NCBI GenBank assembly: GCA_950097015.1
Contig: CATNEN010000034.1
Location: forward strand, 3,100,001 to 3,164,000
From: Macrostomum hystrix
Taxonomy: Eukaryota > Animalia > Platyhelminthes
Direction of reading: 5' to 3'
DNA: 64,000 nucleotides
Below, piece after piece: positions 58,201 to 64,000 of this stretch (position 1 is the first letter of the stretch; the number at the start of each line of letters is the position of its first letter). A model generated the notes under the pieces. The model searched no databases, was not told the origin of the DNA, and saw nothing but the letters and a program-made list of their open reading frames with translations. The position numbers were made by a program, and so were the translations under genes.

Positions 58201-61200
58201 AGATCGCGGTTTAATGTTCGAGCTGTGCAGTTTGGATCGACGTGAGCATTTTGACTGAGTGATTCGCCACAATCGCAGCACAAGCAATAGCTAATTAGGA
58301 ATCCTAACCAGCAATAATCCCACCAGGAAACGAAGCTAGAAACACAGCAGGAAACGAAGCTAGAATCGCAGCAGGAAACAAAGCTAGAATCGCTGCAGGA
58401 AACAAAGATATAATCGCTGCAGGAAACGAAGCTAGAATCGCAGCAGGAAACAAAGATAGAATCGCTGCAGGAAACGAAGCTAGAATCGCAGCAGGAAACA
58501 AAGCTAGAATCGCAGCAGGAAAAAAAGCTAGAATCGATGCAGGAAAAAAAGCTAGAATCACAGCAGGAAACAAAGCTAGAATCGCAGCAGGAAAAAAAGC
58601 TAGAATCGAAGCAGGAAACAAAGCTAGAATCGCAGCAGGAACCAAAGCTAGAATCGCAGCAGGAAACAAAGCTAGAATCGATGCAGGAAACAAAGCTAGA
58701 ATCGCAGCTGGAAACAAAGCTAGAATCGCAGCAGGAAACGAAGCTAGAATCGCAGCAGGAAACAAAGCTAGAATCGCTGCAGGAAACGAAGCTAGAATCG
58801 CAGCAGGAAACGAAGCTAGAATCGCAGCAGGAAACGAAGCTAGAATCGCAGCAGGAAACGAAGCTAGAATCGCAGCAGGAAACAAAGCTAGAAACACAGC
58901 AGGAAACAAAGCTAGAATCGCAGCAGGAAACAAAGCTAGAATGGCAGCAGGAAACAAAGCTAGAATCGCAGCAGGAAACAAAGCTAGAATCACAGCAGGA
59001 AACAAAGCTAGAATCGCAGCAGGAAACAAAGCTAGAAACACAGCAGGAAACAAAGCTAGAATCGCAGCAGGAAACAAAGCTAGAATGGCAGCAGGAAACA
59101 AAGCTAGAATGGCAGCAGGAAACAAAGCTAGAATCGCAGCAGGAAACAAAGCTAGAATCACAGCAGGAAACGAAGCTAGAATCGCAGCAGGAAACAAAGC
59201 TAGAAACACAGCAGGAAACGAAGCTAGAAACACAGCAGGAAACAAAGCTAGAATCACAGCAGGAAACGAAGCTAGAATCACAGCAGGAAACGAAGCTAGA
59301 ATCGCAGCAGGAAACGAAGCTAGAAACACAGCAGGAAACGAAGCTAGAAACACAGCAGGAAACAAAGCTAGAAGCACAGCAGGAAACAAAGCTAGAATCG
59401 CAGCAGGAAACAAAGCTAGAATCGCAGCAGGAAACAAAGCTAGAAACACAGCAGGAAACGAAGCTAGAAACACAGCAGGAAACGAAGCTAGAAACACAGC
59501 AGGAAACAAAGCTAGAAACACAGCAGGAAACAAAGCTAGAATCACAGCAGGAAACAAAGCTAGAATCACAGCAGGAAACAAAGCTAGAATCGCAGCAGGA
59601 AACAAAGCTAGAATCGCAGCAGGAAACAGAGCTAGAATCGCAGCAGGAAACAAAGCTAGAATCGCAGCAGGAAACAAAGCTAGAATCGCAGCAGGAAACA
59701 AAGCTAGAATCGAAGCAGGAAACAAAGCTAGAATCGCAGCAGGAAACAAAGCTAGAATCGCAGCAGGAAACAAAGCTAGAATCGCAGCAGGAAACAAAGC
59801 TAGAATCGCAGCAGGAAACAAAGCTGGAATCGAAGCAGGAAACAAAGCTAGAATCGCAGCAGGAAACAAAGCTAGAATCGCAGCAGGAAAGAAAGCTAGA
59901 ATCGCAGCAGGAAACAAAGCTAGAATCGCAGCAGGAAACAAAGCTAGAATCGAAGCAGGAAACAAAGCTAGAATCGCAGCAGGAAACAAAGCTAGAATCG
60001 CAGCAGGAAACAAAGCTAGAATCGCAGCAGGAAACAAAGCTAGAATCGCAGCAGGAAACAAAGCTAGAATCGAAGCAGGAAACAAAGCTAGAATCGCAGC
60101 AGGAAACAAAGCTAGAATCGCAGCAGGAAAGAAAGCTAGAATCGCAGCAGGAAACAAAGCTAGAATCGCAGCAGGAAACAAAGCTAGAATCGCAGCAGGA
60201 AACAAAGCTAGAATCGCAGCAGGAAACAAAGCTAGAATCGCAGCAGGAAACAAAGCTAGAATCACAGCAGGAAACAAAGCTAGAATCGCAGCAGGAAACA
60301 AAGCTAGAATCGCAGCAGGAAACAAAGCTAGAATCGCAGCAGGAAACAAAGCTAGAATCACAGCAGGAAACAAAGCTAGAATCGCAGCAGGAAACAAAGC
60401 TAGAATCACAGCAGGAAACAAAGCTAGAATCGCAGCAGGAAACAAAGCTAGAATCGCAGCAGGAAACAAAGCTAGAATCGCAGCAGGAAACAAAGCTAGA
60501 ATCGCAGCAGGAAACAAAGCTAGAATCGCAGCAGGAAACAAAGCTAGAATCGCAGCAGGAAACAAAGCTAGAATCGCAGCAGGAAACAAAGCTAGAATCG
60601 CAGCAGGAAACAAAGCTAGAATCGCAGCAGGAAACAAAGCTAGAATCGCAGCAGGAAACAAAGCTCGAATCGTTCTTAAGACATTGTTGAGTACCAAAGC
60701 CAGTATCGTAACGGAAACCAAAGCTAGAATCACACCCGAACTCAGTAATCTGAAATTGTTATCCCGAAAGATACTATTTCCATGAGAAATACTACTTACT
60801 ACGTTAGTAGGCTGCTGCGGCTAATGCTAAATATATTTGTTTGAAAAAAACACTATTGAAGGCTGCAAATCAAGCGTCTGAGGCACTCGGACGCCGGCCA
60901 GTACAGCTGCGTAGCTGCCAACCGAAACGGAACGTTAAGCACCGACGCTCAGTTAATCGTCACCGGCTCGCGGCGACGCCGACCAGATGGCGACGGAGAC
61001 GATGACTTCGGTGATGAAAAAGCCGATAGCGACTACGAAGTCGGTAAACGGGATGGATTCTGCCAGCAGCTAAGAATCAGTGTTTGCAGCGGCTACCTGA
61101 GACGCGGCGCTAGGGTGTTGGTGGAATCGCAGATTTACCAGCAGGACAAAGAGTTGCAGCTCATGCAGCGTGAGTCTTCTTACTCCTGATTGGCTGTCAC

Positions 61201-63641
61201 TCTGAAGCTAAGAGAGTTCGTCGAATTTCGTAATTTAACATCGTTTTTGGAATTCGTCGATTCCGGAATTCGTCGGTTCTAGAACTCGTCGAGTCTGGAA
61301 TTCGTCGATTCTGGAATTCGTCTATTCTGGAATTCGTCGATTCTAAAATTTGTATATTCTGGAATTCGTCGATTCTAAAATTCGTCGGTTCTGGAGTTCG
61401 TCGATTCTGGAATGCGTCGATTCTGGAATTCGTCGATTCTAAAATTCGTCTATTCTTGAATTCGTCGATTCTAAAATTCATCGATTCCGGAATTAGTCTA
61501 TTCTGGAATTCGTCTATTCTGCAATTCGTCTATTCTGGAATTCGTCGATTTGGGAATTCGTTTTTTTAGGAATTCGTCGATTCTGGAATTCGTCGATTCT
61601 AAAATTAGTCTATTCTGGAATTCGTCGGTTCTGGAGTTCGTCGAGTCTGGAGTTCGTCGAGTCTGGAATTCATTGATTTTAGAATTCGTCAATTCCGGAA
61701 TTTGTCGAATTTCCGAGTTCATTGACTCGTCGATTCGTCAAATTAGGAAGTCATCCGATTTCGAAGGCTTTGACTTCTTATTTTGTTTCTCGATTTTGTG
61801 GGCACAGATTTGACTACTGAGAGGTCCTGAGTTCGAACCTGCTTGTTCACACTGTGATAAAGTGCTGTGACTTGACGATGCTCAAATCAATTGTCATTAA
61901 AATATGTGCAGATTTGAACTGCCGACCTTCCAGTGCTCAAATCTGTGCACACATCAAAAGATTGTTGCTTTTTGTTACAAGCAATGCTATGATGGTACCA
62001 GAGTCCAATAAATTAACGATCTACCTTGATTGCTAACCATTAGCAGGCTGTTTTGTTTTACTTGACTCCCCATAAATCAGATTTTATCCCCAGACCATTA
62101 GCGATCATATTAGATCTGAAAGTGTCATTTTGTGATTTACAAATCATCCTATATACGCTCGTATGAGAACCGCAAATCACTTCTGAAACCGTCGATAATC
62201 ATCCAGTGTAATAAATTGGATATTTTGCTTTTTGATGTACGAGCTAGTTTGATTATTACGATCGAATCTTTAGTAGGCGACTGTTAATTACGAGCTACCT
62301 CAATCAAGTCCAGCAGTTCATAAAATCTTTGATAAAGCACTTTTAACAGCCGAAACATTCCTCACTGTAATTTTATACCGTAGCTTACAAACTTTGAGAT
62401 AAGGCACTTTGGTGCTATACAATGCAATGAAGGGGTAGAGGCTATTTCAATGTACATGCTATAAGTCATGCACAATGTATAGACCTTTTTATGCTGTCAT
62501 TGGCGCAAGGGATAGAAATGAACCAATGTACACTCGATGCGTCACTCGTCACTGAAGGTCCTGGCGTGGGGTGGTTGGTGCATGGGGTACAAGTGAAGCA
62601 ATGTACACTCTATGCGTCACTCGTCACTGAAGGTCCTGGCGTGGGGTGGTTGTCGTGTGGGGTAGAAGTGAAGCAATGTACACTCTATGCGTCACTCGTC
62701 ACTGAAGGTCCTGGCGTGGGGTGGTTGGCGTGTGGGGTAGAAGTGAAGCAATGTACACTCTATGCGTCACTCGTCACTGAAGGTCCTGGCGTGGGGTGGT
62801 TGGCGTGTGGGGTAGAAGTGAAGCAATGTACACTCTATGCGTCACTCGTCACTGAAGGTCCTGGCGTGGGGTGGTTGGCGTGTGGGGTAGAAGTGAAGCA
62901 GTGTAAACAATGGAACTAAATGAACGCAACCTGTTCCACAGTGCATAAAATGATGCGCGAAGTCTCGAACGAGACCTGCCTGCCGCCTCTGATGGAGGCG
63001 GTGTGTCGGCACAGCTTTCCGGAGTGCGCAGCCGCGGAGGACGGCACTGCCGATGTAGGCCACACCGGGATCAGCACCAGACGCCGTCGGCGCCAGAGAG
63101 TGCGGCAGCTCTGCCGTCAGGACTGCCAGAAGCTGACCCTGGGTGAACCTTGTCGCGGCAGCTTCAACCGCCTGAAGGACAGCCTGGAGTATTTCGATAG
63201 GCACAGTGCTAGCGGAGCTCGTGAGTGGCGACTGCAGCTGCCTGCCTGGGATAGACGGGATGGGGTGGGATGGAATCAGGTGTGAAACACCTTGCATGAT
63301 CGAGACTAGATGTGGCAAGCGGTTCGCCTGTAAAGCTGCGAACACCCACCTGAAACCCACCTGTACAGAACTGCGTCATCTGCTGCCCAGCTGCGACTCC
63401 CTGCCGTCCCAGACTCACCTGTGCGAGCCTCTCGCTACTCAGGCGTCCCCCGGCGACCATCCGGATGGCTGCTTCGTCTCTGTCGGCAGCCGAACTGGAC
63501 GGCGCTGCCTGCCGCCGGAGTCTCCGTGCCGACCGGCCGCGAGCGACGTCTCCGATCGTCGGCCGGGATCGCCTTGGTGCTACGTGGACCCCGGCGGCAT
63601 TGAAACTTGCAGACGGTTCGATCTTTGCGGTGATAGAGCAG
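55294..63641 (+). CDS. ROR: ROR-type receptor, 5' part: signal peptide, Ig I-set, Frizzled-like CRD, kringle (exons 55294-55406, 58026-58241, 60862-61169, 62942-63220, 63369-63641; probably continues beyond the window)
   Basis: Five GT-AG exons join in frame (phases 2,2,1,1,1): MNSELFLLALLLPICW...; TFICDIIGKPLPHYRWLKDG...FGST|LQIKRLRHSDAGQYSCVAAN; DGFCQ...VCRHSFPEC...LCRQDC...LPSCDSLP (10 Cys); kringle with PWCY. The Ig-CRD-kringle order defines the ROR ectodomain. TM and kinase are not in the window, and exon 1 is the least certain. Confidence 0.85.
55623..56994 (+). mobile_element. Full-length mariner (DD34D) element in ROR intron 1, 1372 bp
   Basis: 27-bp TIRs CTTCGGGTGTCCGGAAAGTCATGAGAA / TTCCGGGTGTCCGGAAAGTCATGAGAA (2 mismatches) with TA at 55621-22 and 56995-96. 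Confidence 0.95.
55871..56920 (+). CDS. Mariner transposase, uninterrupted 349 aa
   Basis: HTH region with RTGRP, WVPHVL linker, VEDETW (D1), WDNARPH (D2) and SPYSPDFNLCD (D3, 34 residues after D2). Confidence 0.95.
   Translation: MDEFQAYAYTRYKLGISAPDCHGELLKVHGDVAPGLSLVYRWYTRFRDESYPLAQAARTGRPRSTRTPELIETCRNLVKEDPKVSVRDLADFMEVGKSTVHEILTEDLQLRNVSAVWVPHVLSEENKVARVNCAKQIRRIFHTEGMTSFCNKYVVEDETWVYLKNTGTRQNNRCWLGQGDHRPQVVRHSVGDPKTMLVVAFTPSKRFSIMSTAPKQTVDANRIVEFVRHTGDLWRSLRSQPIHLSEVLWQWDNARPHVAQPVQQYMETRGVQLLFQSPYSPDFNLCDRFFFNWLKSDFSKREFSSHDEVREAALQWARGLDANCLKREVLRLVEHCQAVIDFRGNYITD
56997..57588. mobile_element. MITE with about 86-bp imperfect TIRs, abutting the mariner
   Basis: 56999-57084 and 57502-57587 are reverse complements (about 77/86 identical), with an AT-rich non-coding interior and TA on both sides (56995-96, 57589-90). 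Confidence 0.8.
58325..60675. repeat. 2.3-kb minisatellite, 24-bp unit GAAACAAAGCTAGAATCGCAGCAG (ROR intron 2)
   Basis: About 97 copies; the period divisible by 3 explains three long repetitive ORFs. Confidence 0.97.
61250..61720. repeat. Degenerate 16-bp repeat CTGGAATTCGTCGATT (ROR intron 3)
   Basis: Many GAATTC-containing copies. Confidence 0.88.
62525..62905. repeat. 75-bp tandem repeat, about 5 copies (ROR intron 3)
   Basis: Accounts for the VEVKQCTLYASLVTEGPGVGWLACG repetitive ORF; ends about 35 bp before the acceptor at 62941. Confidence 0.92.
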
Positions 63642-63704
63642 GTGGGTCTTACTCAGCCGGCGCCCAGGCCTAGCTAAATACAATGGCTCTTATCTCGGTT
63701 AGAC

Positions 63705-64000
63705 CGACCATCCCCTGTTAGACAGACCCATCCCCTGTTAGACAGACCCATCCCCTGTTAGACAGACCCATCCCCTGTTAGACAGACCCATTCCCTGTTA
63801 GACAGACCCATCCCTGTTAGACAAACCCATTCCCTGTTAGACAGACCCATCCCCTGTTAGACAAACCCATTCCCTGTTAGACAAACCCATTCCCTGTTAG
63901 ACAAACCCATTCCCTGTTAGACAGACCCATCCCCTGTTAGACAAACCCATCCCCTGTTAGACAGACCCATCCTTGTTAGATAGACCTATCCCCTGTTAGA
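63705..64000. repeat. Minisatellite, 20-bp unit CAGACCCATCCCCTGTTAGA (runs off the window end)
   Basis: Tandem copies starting about 65 bp after the putative ROR donor. Confidence 0.93.

Noticed and set aside
58304-60785. Long ORFs of 809, 717 and 614 aa (ALFPAAIL, QETKLESQ and AAGNKARI repeats)
   Set aside because: All are translations of one 24-bp minisatellite in the intron that splits the ROR Ig domain. A period divisible by 3 keeps frames open, and inclusion would break the domain.
61044-61049. Apparent donor G|GTAAAC inside ROR exon 3
   Set aside because: The frame continues into DGFCQ, which supplies CRD Cys1-2, up to a stronger donor GTGAGT at 61170.
61812-61842. B-box-like GGTCCTGAGTTCGAACC fragment
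   Set aside because: Isolated 3' half of a tRNA-like sequence with no A-box or body; too short to call.

Overview
Eukaryotic (metazoan invertebrate) genomic DNA with GT-AG introns and GC-rich exons; nearly every long intron and intergenic gap holds its own minisatellite. This style suggests a free-living flatworm such as Macrostomum, which is an inference the sequence alone cannot confirm. I reconstructed eight host genes by hand from splice sites and reading frame: (1) the 3' part of LRRC40; (2) a divergent two-exon Frizzled; (3) a complete polycystin-2 (PKD2/TRPP) channel gene; (4) an intronless secreted protein with two pacifastin-like Cys domains; (5-7) three GPI-anchored Ly6/three-finger genes, one QVR/sleepless-like and two tandem minimal 8-Cys paralogues absent from the ORF track; (8) the 5' part of a ROR-type receptor (signal-Ig-CRD-kringle), mostly absent from the ORF track. 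Mobile DNA comprises an intact DD34D mariner, an internally deleted mariner of another family, five copies of a tRNA-derived SINE, two MITE-like inverted-repeat elements and a Gypsy integrase relic. The strongest novel signal is a pair of homologous 114-nt, phase-1/phase-1 exons in PKD2 that look mutually exclusive and encode alternative pre-S1/S1 segments. Also notable: RFX X-box motifs around the Ly6 cluster and multiplied inside a PKD2 intronic minisatellite, a 53-aa six-Cys mini-kringle in ROR, loss of Dishevelled-binding motifs in the Frizzled, and a dispersed 24-bp minisatellite family. Long ORFs over tandem repeats are treated as artefacts. Repeat boundaries are approximate, and no database searches were run.
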